The translations under genes and the position numbers were made by a program. From the NCBI RefSeq assembly GCF_018977255.1, contig NW_024704768.1, forward strand, positions 1,674,001-1,738,000: a DNA stretch of 64,000 bases, read 5' to 3'. Numbering within the stretch: the first letter of the stretch is position 1; each line of letters opens with the position of its first letter. Positions 24,884 to 35,640 of the stretch are shown piece after piece. The stretch is from Callorhinchus milii. Its lineage: Eukaryota. The notes under the pieces were generated by a model. That model was given only the letters and a program-made list of their open reading frames with translations, did not search any database and was not told the DNA's origin.

Positions 24884-26173
24884 TTGCAAAGAAGGTAAAT
24901 ATTTTTATTCTGTTCCAGGGCACACACCGATGTGCTTATACGTTTGTGCTCTCAAAAGGTCTGAGTCCCATTTAAAATTGCGAAACAATTGTCAGCAACA
25001 CCAAATGCACAATTATTTCTCCAACATAATTTGAAAACTTTTTTTCTACTCTAATTTTACACACACACATAAATAGAGAGAACATATATTATATTCTTTC
25101 CATATTATTTATATATATATAATTATGGAGGGAAGAGAAATTCCACCCGGTCCAGAATATTCTCTAAGCATCTCAGAACCCTCCAGAATTAGGAAAATAA
25201 TTGAATTTAGTTTTCTCTTTGAATCGGTTTTCTGCAGTTTTCTTAAAAGAAGTTATAGGGGAAAAAAAGTCTTCTAGGTTTATAGGATTCGGACAATTCT
25301 ACATGCTCTGAACTGCCAAGAAAATAAAGAGTAAATGTCGCCCCAGGTGGAAATGCATTCCACTTCCCAATTCCTTAAGTAGAGCCTTTGATCTGATGAA
25401 CCAGTCATTAGATTTTTTCCCCCAATGATTCCGCCATTGATGCCTTTGGGTTTCAGCCTGGCCGTTGGGTTGAAATCGCGGGGCTGTCCTTTGCTAAGTG
25501 CTCACAGAACCAAATTTACAGCAGTTCTGAGTCATTTAAAACGACTTTCACTCCGCTTAATTTCCGGAGTGCTCTCTCAACCGTTTCCAGCTCAGTTTTG
25601 AATAACATTTCTCCCTCCGCGCTTTCACACAGCCCAGAATCGGTGACAAGGGAGGGGGTGAGCAAGTGAGAGCTTTGTTTAACGGCTACAGTACAGGCCA
25701 ACACACTTCACTGAAAAGCGCCAGAATGGAGTTGTTTTATAAATATATTTGACGCCAAATTGTCATCATCTGTAGAGTTTTCTGTTCATCAATATATTAC
25801 ATTTCGGGGAAAATACAAAGCACATAATAATTTGGTTTCGCTCTGTTTAATCCTGTATATCAATCTGAAACTCCTGATCCACTTAGAGACAATTTAGGAA
25901 TGATTTCCAATGACAGATTTCGAAGTGTATTTGTGCTCTGCCAGACAGGTATTTATCCAGATTGTGCCCCACATTTTACACACAATATACAGTGCACGCT
26001 TCACGCCTGAGTGGAGCCTTTTTGCATTTGCTCGTTAAACGGATATGGCAAAAAAACACCCTAAATATAATATTATGGTTAAACAATGGAATAAACCGAG
26101 CAACACCTGCACTTGACTGCGCATTTCTAAAGTTTGCACTACGTTCGAACGCTAAACATGGTTCAATTTTAAG

Positions 26174-26265
26174 AATAATAATAATAATAATAATAATCAT
26201 TGCATTTGATAAAGCCCTTCACAGAATATGCTCTAAAGCGAATTGACGGTATATTTTGTGGGCGA
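26174..26265 (-). mobile_element. 5'-truncated, internally deleted SINE tail
   Basis: (AAT)n CATTGCATTTGATAAAGCCCTTCACAGAATA...ATTTTGTGGGCGA. Confidence 0.75.
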
Positions 26266-27202
26266 CATCACAAGAGGGTATCTGTCCCTGGCGGATCCGC
26301 CTGTGGTCTCTCAAGTGATGTTAAATTAATTTTAAAACGATGCAAATACTGAAATCACGATTGCCTAGCTAAATGGTCTTCGTTATATTTGGCTGTATTG
26401 TCAGGCCTGCAAATTGTGGGTATGAATTTCTGCACAAGTTTGGTTTGACAGATACCTGCTATTCGTCCGGGTTTGAAAAACTTCAATGAATAAATGATAT
26501 GAACTGAGCGAAAGATGCCTCGGTAACTGGTGTAATATTTGATGGTTTTTTTTTTACCGCTCGTGAGGGCAACGGCATATTACAAATAAAATTTGGTAGA
26601 TAAGTTGTAAACGTTTCAGAAAACACAACAACATCCATTTACAGCACAAACAGATTCCAGAATAGACAAAAACAGTCGCTCTGTATCAGGGCGCGACCGA
26701 AGGAAACAATTTACACCTCTTGGCAGCCATAGGGCTGTATAGAGCTCATTTACCCGTTCCTTGGTTTTGTAATTACAACCAGAATTGCTTTGATTTGTAA
26801 GCTTTCCCTTCTGCACTCCCAAGCCTAAGAAATAAGACCAACATCCTAATTGCCTTTCAAGTATTTATATCCCCAAAAGGCGTAAATGTTTTAACTATTC
26901 TGTTTCAACAAGAGGAAAACATGGGATTATGTGAATACATTATTTTAGCGCGTACACACACATATGTTATATATATGAGCTTTTCAATAAATGAATTTAA
27001 ACAACATAGATCAGGCGTTTGTTTTATCCTTCCTCGCGAAAAAATCAGTACATTTTCACTAAAACGTTGTTCTAATTATTTTTATCATTTTTCACGCGTT
27101 GTGGTGGGGGCAATTTTTGCTTAAAATATTGCATCGCTCGACATTCTTTAGAATAAAGGGGGAGAGAACACTGCGAGGTCGCGGAAGGGAGGGGGCACGT
27201 GT

Positions 27203-27233
<31 letters not shown>

Positions 27234-27670
27234 GAGAGAGAGAGAGGGGCTTTTATTCCGTTTAACGAAAGGTTCTGCGCAGCTCAGCAGCGCCACGGGC
27301 GAGAGTATTGTTACACTCCAAAGTGTTCAGGGAGGGGTGTGTGGGGGTCGGGGAATGAATGGTTGACGATGCATCCATTTGAATTTAATTACGGAATTAA
27401 GTTTCTTCATTAAAAAAAACGTCAACCAAAACAGGGCGAAAAGGCGCATTTATTTTGGATCAAGGTTCGATTTCCCCCCAAAAGCGGAAATAAGCCCCCA
27501 ATGACGTCACGCCCCTCACCCCTTTTTTTTACATTTATCATTGACATTAAGACCAAGATTCCGAACCGATATCACTACCATACCCCGACCGCGCGATTTC
27601 ACCCCCACACCCCCCCCCCCCCCACCCCCAAACTCTTATGTTGGCAGTTGTAACAAATCCAAAGGCTTAC

Positions 27671-28180
27671 CTAAACCCGGACTGAACCGATCCCGGATGG
27701 AAAGTAGGATTCCCATTCGCTCCTCTTCCAACCGATTACCTATTAAGAACCTTTCCGACGTCGATGTGGCGAATTTCGGAAACATTTTTTTCCCCCTCCC
27801 CCACCCACCCACCCCCCAGCCCCCACCCCCGTACACGAGAAAACAAAAAAAAAGTAGCGGTGATATTTATAACAACTGCATTTCCTAAAAGAAAAAAAAA
27901 TGCTTCTTGATTTCTGTCCCAAGGGTAGATTGGTTAAAAAAGGGGGAGGGAGGGAGAGAGAGAGGGAGAGAGAGAGAGAGAGGAGAATTAAAAAAAAATC
28001 AACGCAGAAATAGACTTGGGAAGGAAGGGAATCTCGCGAACTTCATCCCCTCCCCAGCAAAAAAAAATGAAAAGATATTGAGGAGAGGGAGTTTGGATCT
28101 GTCTCGCCTTTCCCTTACACAAGAGCCGTTTAGGACAGCGTTACTGCGAAACACTCTCAGAAAAACCACAATAAAAGTTC
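27671..28180 (-). other. Candidate upstream (largely non-coding) first exon
   Basis: Runs from the orphan promoter to a consensus donor TTAG|GTAAGC (GT at 27670-27669). No transcript evidence available. Confidence 0.4.
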
Positions 28181-28345
28181 ACGTCCATGTCTCTCGTCCA
28201 CATGATCCGTATCGGCCAATGGAAGTTCTGAACGAGTCGTAAAGTTTTATTGCTAAAGCTGTAAATTTTCTCCCAAACAACCTGGAATGTAATGCATTTT
28301 TTGTGGCGTGTGCAAATGTACTGCACTGTCGCCATGTTGAGGGCC
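28160..28345 (-). promoter_or_regulatory. Orphan Hox-type promoter between HoxC8 and HoxC6 (likely the distal promoter of the shared HoxC6/5/4 non-coding first exon)
   Basis: CACATG (28199-204), 11 nt, CCAAT (28216-20); Hox/Cdx sites GTCGTAAAGTTTTATTG; YY1 CGCCATGTT (28330-38). Downstream AACTTTTATTGTGGTTT (28179-28163) resembles the recalled 5' end of human HOXC4/HOXC6 distal transcripts. Confidence 0.65.
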
Positions 28346-28475
28346 CTTCCTTATTTTAAAACCCCCTTCTCCTCATTTCATTCTTTGCCGAGAGCGGGTG
28401 GGACTTGGAGGCGACTGACTCCCTTCTTTAATACCGGGAGGTGAAACAATTATCAGCCTAATAAGACTTCCCGAG

Positions 28476-28506
<31 letters not shown>

Positions 28507-28862
28507 CGCTGTTGCTCGCACAGACTCAACAGGTCTTTTTGTGTCTCTGTCGTTAAACAATCTTAACACACACATACACATAACTAAATGATTCTTTCAT
28601 CAGCAATCTAATGCTCCACAACTGTGGCTAATTATTTTGATGCTCAGTCGCCTGTTTGCTGGTAAACGTTTGAAGGGAAGTTCACCCGAGCTTCCGGGAA
28701 ACGGTAGTTATTTTAACGCATTAAAAATAGGAAGAGTGCGAAGAGAGCAATATTGTTTTAACTAAAGAAAATGACACATATGATTTACCTGCATTGTGTT
28801 TTTTACTGGGATTTGCGAAAATATCTAAATGTTAGCGTGCAGTTTATGAAAAGTATATTACT

Positions 28863-29055
28863 NNNNNNNNNNNNNNNNNNNNNNNNNNNNNNNNNNNNNN
28901 NNNNNNNNNNNNNNNNNNNNNNNNNNNNNNNNNNNNNNNNNNNNNNNNNNNNNNNNNNNNNNNNNNNNNNNNNNNNNNNNNNNNNNNNNNNNNNNNNNNN
29001 NNNNNNNNNNNNNNNNNNNNNNNNNNNNNNNNNNNNNNNNNNNNNNNNNNNNNNN
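28863..29055. other. Assembly gap (193 N)
   Basis: Run of n characters. Confidence 1.
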
Positions 29056-32000
29056 CTGAATATCCTAATATCCAACATTCTCTAAATATCAGATTCAGTT
29101 TTATATAGATATAAAATTAATATATCATCAGATACACAGATTATAAAAACATATTAGAAAGGGATAAACCAGGATTCAGACTTTTGTTTGAAACGGTTAG
29201 TGCAGTCGGAATAGCTCTTTGTGAGATGGAAAAGATTACATGAAACAAATACACATATGCAATCATATTAATTGTTGTTAGCATTTGGAATCGGATACTT
29301 TTCGAGGTGGTGTTTAAAATAAAATGTTTCAGAAAAGACGCAATGGGTCCGCATTGCAATGTTCCCACTTCAAATTGGTGGCTTTTGGCCGCTACATATT
29401 TCGCCCTACGATTTTTGCACCTGTAACCCACTTGATTCATTCCCTCCTTTACATAAAGCTCCTTCAAACTTGTCCAATTTTTCTACCTATGCACATTTCA
29501 CAACCTCTTCATTGCAAATCATCACATCAAGTATTAGCGTTAAACAGTCTAAACATCAGGTAAGGTGAACAGTTGTTCTGTATTGTTACAGACAATCACT
29601 GCTACATTACAGAAACAGCTTCAAATGTACTCAAATAAACGCGATTGTCTTTCGGCTGTGACACGTCTCAGCTCTGATTCACAAATCTATTTTTTTTTGC
29701 AAATTCTGTTTCATATTATGAATAAAATATTTCTCCCTGTCCAAACGATGGATTTACTCGCCTCGCGTTATGGATACAAGGCATTATAAGTTGGTCTGAC
29801 ACTCTGTTTACTGCATTAAATATATGGCCCTCCACACTTATACATTCCTGTCTATTAAGGTACAATTAAACAATTGCGGTCAGTGCATCGCCCTACTAAT
29901 TTACAATGTTGGCCTGTTTGAGAAAACAGTGTCCCAAACTATTATTAACAGATAGAATAAATGGTTATTCTATGAACATTTCTTGAATGCTATTTTTTCG
30001 TATTGGACTGTTGTTTCAATTTCATGATATTGGATTGACTCCTCTCTCGTATCACACGCATAAGAAGATTCAGTTTACTCGCATAATAAAGTTAGGTTGT
30101 TTAGAATAAACTTTTGTAAATGGATAATTCAGAAAATGGTACAAACTCTTACATTTTCCCTGCGAGTTTTCAACAACCGAATAAAGCAAAGCGCCGCCTC
30201 ACTACATGAAAACCTATTTGTGAACGATATTGGTGAAACAGCATCACTGATATTTTTTTCCTGTAAGTAGTTCCGCATAAATATTTTGGGTTGGTTTCCC
30301 CAAATAAAAAAGCCTTTTGTTTTCATTTTTTTAAATTTTGCGAAGTCTTCACGCCGACCTAAAGTTTCAAATAGATCCATGTATTAGGTTTAATTCAGTC
30401 AGTTACGTTCAGCTGTTTAGCTGCTGAGATCCAAGCGAAATTAAGGAGTGTTCCTCGGATACAACGGAAAACAAGGCTGAAAATGGGTCGCTGTCTCGCC
30501 GTCCCAAATTCCCAAGTTAATCAACAATGCAGACAATTCCAAGTGGCTTCCCTGGATAATTGAACCAGACAACAGGAAAAAAAAACTTGTGGTAACCATT
30601 TGTCCAGATGGTCTTCTCTTCATCCAACCTCTCTTACACCGAGCCACCCCAAAAACATGCCCCGCAAGAGTCCAGACATGAAGCGCTGCTGAGATTTTAT
30701 TTGCCTTGAAGTGCGAACTCCACCTTAAAGGTTAACTAGGAATAGATGCATTTTTGATACAAACACTTTGTTTTTCTCGGCACTTACTGTGAATGAACTT
30801 TGCTGGTGATAGAGCACGATGTAGTCACTGAACAGGATTCCCCACTTCAGCAGGTTAGACTAAGGTAAACAGAAACAATCTACAGTGACTCGTTTTTGCA
30901 GTTTGATATATCAAGGACAGATTCGGTGGATTAAGAAAAAACGTTGGCAACTTCAAAACACTCGAAAATGGGCGGCTTTAACAATTAGATTTGGCACTGA
31001 AGCGGGACTCTGTCTTATTCTGGTCTTATCGTTACCATCGACATAAACAAAACAGACACACACACACACGCACAACTACAAAAAAAGGAACCTGGAACAA
31101 TTTATCACCGGGGACTGAACTGGGAAAAGAAATACCAAGGTATATTTCTGATCAAGGGAAGCCAGACATTTACACACACATTACACACACACACACAAGC
31201 CAAACACCTTTGTTTGTGTGTATACATTTCTTTGTCTCTCCGATTAAATAAACATTCCTCTTTTGTCCTGTTGTACTCAATTCGCCTTAGAAGAATTTGC
31301 AAGTATTTTATATTGGTTCCAGTTAAGTTTTATTTGGGCTACCGATAGGATTGGTTTATCAATAAATTGGGATTTGACCGGTATTGCACTTTGGACGCTT
31401 TACCCCCGTTGAAAGGACATGGATAAAGTTTAGAATATATTTTGATACAAGTTATTTTTAATAAAATATTCTCTTTATCTTGGTACCATGTTACTTGGTA
31501 ACATGACGGTTCGGTGTAACTTTTAGTTCTCTTTTAAGAAAAATCTTTCAAGTTTTTTTTTCTCTGCGCAAATAAATCATCATCAACCCTACTATTAAAG
31601 TTTATTTTCCCTTCAGGACAATGGAGCACTTCCGGATTGCTCCCGCCCTTTTCACAGAGATGTATTGGAATGAAAATAAAATGATAAAGTGATTTCATCT
31701 TTTTTATTATTATTATTGAAAAAAGGCATGGATATATCGCTCAATTCAATTCCAAGGAAATGGGGACATTTCATATTTTTAAATAACAATTTAACTCGTC
31801 TCCACCGGATTAAGCTCACTGGGTTAAATTGTTATTGTTAAATGTGTTTCGGAAATTGAATGAAAGGTTATGCAGGGTGATGAGAATTTTTTAAACAAAT
31901 GTTTCCGAGTAATCTTTTTTTAGGGAGTGTCTTTTCTAATCCAATATTTGCCTTCACTCTTCGCTGTGATGAAACTCCTACCCCTGAAGCAGAAACGTTC

Positions 32001-33615
32001 TCCTCAGAGAGACGACGGGATCACAACTTTCACCGCTGCTGTTAATGGGGTTGAGACATGAAGCTAACCCGGCGGGTTTCTGCGGGGTGAGGTCAGAAAG
32101 GACTTGTGCTGTTGTTTCCTTTGAGTCTCAAAATAAAAAAAAAGGTCCGTTTCTAAAAACAAATATACAGGATGTGACTTGGCGAGGTCCCCCCTTGGAG
32201 ATTATTGCTGTTTTTTAGCTAAATTCCTGCCCTAATTCCAATGTAATATCCAGCACATGGACCATTGATGTAATATATATTACATAAGCTTATACTGACC
32301 CAGGTTGGAGCAAGACAAACAGAATAGCATTGGATTAAACACGAATCCCTTTCAGTATCTACTCCTTTGGTCTTTATCACAGACTAACGGACCCCTGGAC
32401 TGTTACACAGACTGAGGCGGCCTCCATTTATGGGCTTTTATTGGGTCTTTTTACACAAAGGTTATAGAAATCTAACATAAGTACATTTAGTTCCCGTTAG
32501 ACGCACTGTAACGCTATCCCCCCATGCACGTTAAGAGTTTAAAGTTATTTGAGTGCAGTTATTATACACAGTGAATGTAATCTGTTGAATTCGGTACCAT
32601 TAACAATCCCTTCTGTTGCACTTTTCAAGACACTAAAACACAATTGGCACCATATTCCCCCCGATCGTAAATACCCCCAATACTATTTGGATAATGACTT
32701 TACTTTACAAAGTGTTATTTCACGTTTCCCCTCAAAAATCACTTTACAGCTCACTCTTCCTCTTTCAATCAATTGTGTGGATTGATTATTGATACTGAAT
32801 AACAATAAGACTGTATACATAGATTTGGTGATCATGAAGTTATATTGTTGATGATATAACAAGAATGTATTGCAATGGGATGTTTCACGTTGTTGTATAT
32901 ATTTATTGTCCTTTCTGTGTGTCTCATTTATTTAGAAATATTTAAATATGTAGAAACACAATATAATTTCCCTTCCCCAATCTCACCTTCTCAGGTGGTG
33001 TTCATAGGTTCTTCTCGTATGATCTTAATCTTCTCGAGCTATCACTCTATTCTTTAAATATTCAAATGAACTTTTTTTGACAAAAATATTCCAAAAGGAA
33101 TTATGTGAGAGGAGTGATGTTGGTTCTGTTGCACCAGGCGCATAATTGGTGACACCAAGTACCGCTTTTCCAAAAAAAAAGCCTCACAAAAGTATTTAAA
33201 TATTTTATCATTACAAGCCATCGGGAGATGTCTGTGTCATTCACGAGGGAAGGGAAAGTAATTGACATTTTCATTTGTGCCGGTGAAAAGTTATACTGTG
33301 ACATGTTAATAGGCAATTTAATCCTTTTGAAAACCAACCTTTATTCACTTTACCGTTATCACATTCACTTTTGCACATATCACATACACAATACAAAGAG
33401 ACTGTTGCTTGATGCGGGTCGTTCATCACAACAATCCCCTTTTACATTCATACTGTTTTTTTTTACACACGCAGAACTATGTTTACATAAAACAACTTAC
33501 GAAGTTCGAGCATGTTGCGACAACAATTACCAAGACATATATCAGTGCACTTAATACCTAAACTATGTCATATTTTTTAATGATATGTTTTTCACAATAC
33601 TGTGCATTGTCGTTA

Positions 33616-33636
33616 TAGGCAGTTTTAGTTGTTGGG
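33616..33636 (-). promoter_or_regulatory. Extended miR-196 complementary site in HoxC8 3'UTR
   Basis: Plus strand TAGGCAGTTTTAGTTGTTGGG versus mature TAGGTAGTTTCATGTTGTTGGG. The mRNA site CCCAACAACUAAAACUGCCUA pairs almost full length with one seed G:U, like the known HOXC8/HOXB8 sites. Confidence 0.9.
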
Positions 33637-33653
33637 AGCATGTTTGGAAGTGA

Positions 33654-33690
<37 letters not shown>

Positions 33691-33742
33691 AGCAGCATTA
33701 AGCAAAATGGTTTAACATGCTGTGTACTTATCACAGCACTTT

Positions 33743-33750
33743 TAGGTAGT
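33743..33750 (-). promoter_or_regulatory. miR-196 8mer seed site in HoxC8 3'UTR
   Basis: Plus strand TAGGTAGT = mRNA ACUACCUA. Confidence 0.75.
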
Positions 33751-33939
33751 GTAATCAGCTTTTATTTTTTTCTAAAAAAATAGTGTGTCCCGCTACTCAG
33801 TAGCTTTCAGCCAGTCAGGAGAAATACTAATCATTAAAGAATTCTAAGGGAAGCGACAGTGTCCAGCGAATTGTAACACTATTATCGATTTGTATGTGGA
33901 TCCCCGGGGGCTGATTGAGGCTTTACTGCGCTGGCTCCA

Positions 33940-33948
33940 TAGGTAGTT
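33940..33948 (-). promoter_or_regulatory. miR-196 8mer seed site in HoxC8 3'UTR
   Basis: Plus strand TAGGTAGTT = mRNA AACUACCUA. Confidence 0.75.
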
Positions 33949-34169
33949 CAAAGCGACAATAGTGAAGGACGGGCACAAATAAGTTAAGAGACAGGAAAAA
34001 AAAGGGCAAGAAATTCAAATTGGAATATAAAATTATAAGCAAAGTATAACCGAGGCGCATATACTTTGAGATAACTTAGATAGATTAATAAAGAGATGGG
34101 AGTCCATGCTATAACTCAATTGTAAACAGAAATCTAGCATTAATGTTTCTTAACAAATACAACTGTCTG

Positions 34170-34468
34170 TTATTCCTTCGGTGTCTCCTCTTCCACCTCT
34201 TCTTTTTCTTCCTTCTCCTCTTCCTCGTTGGCCGGTTCCTCGCTCTTCTCGTCCCTGGCGCTCGGGAATTTATCTTTGTTGTTTTCTTTTTTCCATTTCA
34301 TCCTGCGGTTCTGGAACCAAATTTTGACCTGCCTTTCTGTCAGTCCGAGAGCGTGTGAGACCTCGATCCGACGCTTCCGCGTCAGATAGGGGTTGAAAAG
34401 GAATTCTTTCTCCAGCTCCAGCGTTTGGAAGCGACTGTAGGTTTGTCTGCCGCTCCGTCTTCCTGGCG
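34170..34468 (-). CDS. HOXC8: Homeobox protein Hox-C8, coding exon 2 (homeobox, acidic tail)
   Basis: Acceptor CTCCTTAG|CG gives [69 protein letters not shown] followed by a Glu-rich tail. Confidence 0.96.
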
Positions 34469-34868
34469 CTAAGGAGAAAACCAACCATTTAACAGCCACC
34501 TAATCAGAGCCATTAAGTTTAATACTATATGAGCCCAAACAGATACAATTTCCCTAACAGCTCTCATGCAAAGGAATATTATGGGCATGCAATTAACATG
34601 CAAATAATTGCTTTTTAAACATATATTATATCCAATGTATATATAGATTATAAATAACAACAACTTGCATATATACATATATACATACAGCTGCATAGAT
34701 AGCTATCGAATTCAAATCATCATGCAAATATATTGTATTGGTTGAATACATATCAATTAAGAATATTAATTTTAAAAAATAACTTTTTCCCCCTATTAAT
34801 GCAATCACACAAGAGGGAAGGGTAGTGGGGGGGGGGGGGGGGAGAAAGTGGAAATAAAAAGCTCTAAC

Positions 34869-35304
34869 CGTGCGGTCTCATCCAGGGGAACATTAGATTA
34901 GGAGACGAATTTTGATTTAAGTGGCCTTGTGCCTCGCCAGTGTTACTGCCGGAGGAGGATTTACAGTCAGGATATTGCACCATGCTCGCCTCTTGCTGGG
35001 TACCATAAAGCGACTGCCTCGGCATAGGTTCGTATCCATAAAATTTAGAGGCGTCCCCGTGGCACGTCAATCCGCACGGGCTTTGCTGATATCCGGAGGT
35101 GGAAAGGGACGAAGTTCCATGGTGGAAAAATTCTTGGACATGTGAAGGGTGCTGAAACCCAGGCCCGCCGCTGCCTGGTCCGTATACTAACGCGTGACTC
35201 CTGCCGACGCTCTGAGGGAATCTGCAGTCATAGTAGGAAGTTGGGTCCAAGGATTCGCCGGTTTTGTATTTGGAGAAGAGAGGATTGACAAAATAGGAAC
35301 TCAT
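34869..35304 (-). CDS. HOXC8: Homeobox protein Hox-C8, coding exon 1 (436 nt; spliced protein 244 aa)
   Basis: MSSYFVNPLFSKYKTGESLDPTSYYDCRFPQSVGRSHALVYGP...HLNQNSSPNLMFPWMRPH. Donor CACG|GTTAGA, phase 1. The upstream part of the called ORF is treated as 5'UTR. Confidence 0.96.
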
Positions 35305-35559
35305 CACTCGGGGGGGAAAAAAAACCTCACTCACAAGGCGTTGGAGGTTTTGCAAGTGGGGGAAAGACACCTGGAGACTGGCGCTCTGCAAAAAAAACCC
35401 CGGTTTTGTAGCGTTTTCAGAGCAGGATCATTGTGTCGGTATGTGTGTCTGGGCAAAAGCACTCGTGTGTTCTACACTGTTGGTCGGTAGGTAGAGCTCT
35501 TACTCTGCCTGTCACTGGCTTTCTCCTTAAACACCACCAGCGAGAGCTCCAAAAATCCC

Positions 35560-35640
35560 GGCGGTGAGGCAATTTATAGTCATCAATCCTGAATCCTGAA
35601 GACGGAAGGCTGTGCTGTGTAGCAATGACTTGGAATAAGG
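35560..35640 (-). promoter_or_regulatory. HoxC8 core promoter candidate (TATA box)
   Basis: Minus strand GACTATAAATTGCC, with TATAAA at 35578-35573, ~270 nt upstream of the ATG. Confidence 0.45.

Noticed and set aside
35305-35391. N-terminal extensions of called ORFs for HoxC8, HoxC10 (TTG at 56757) and HoxC5 (17107)
   Set aside because: They rely on non-ATG starts from the ORF caller. The conserved N-termini begin at the annotated ATGs.
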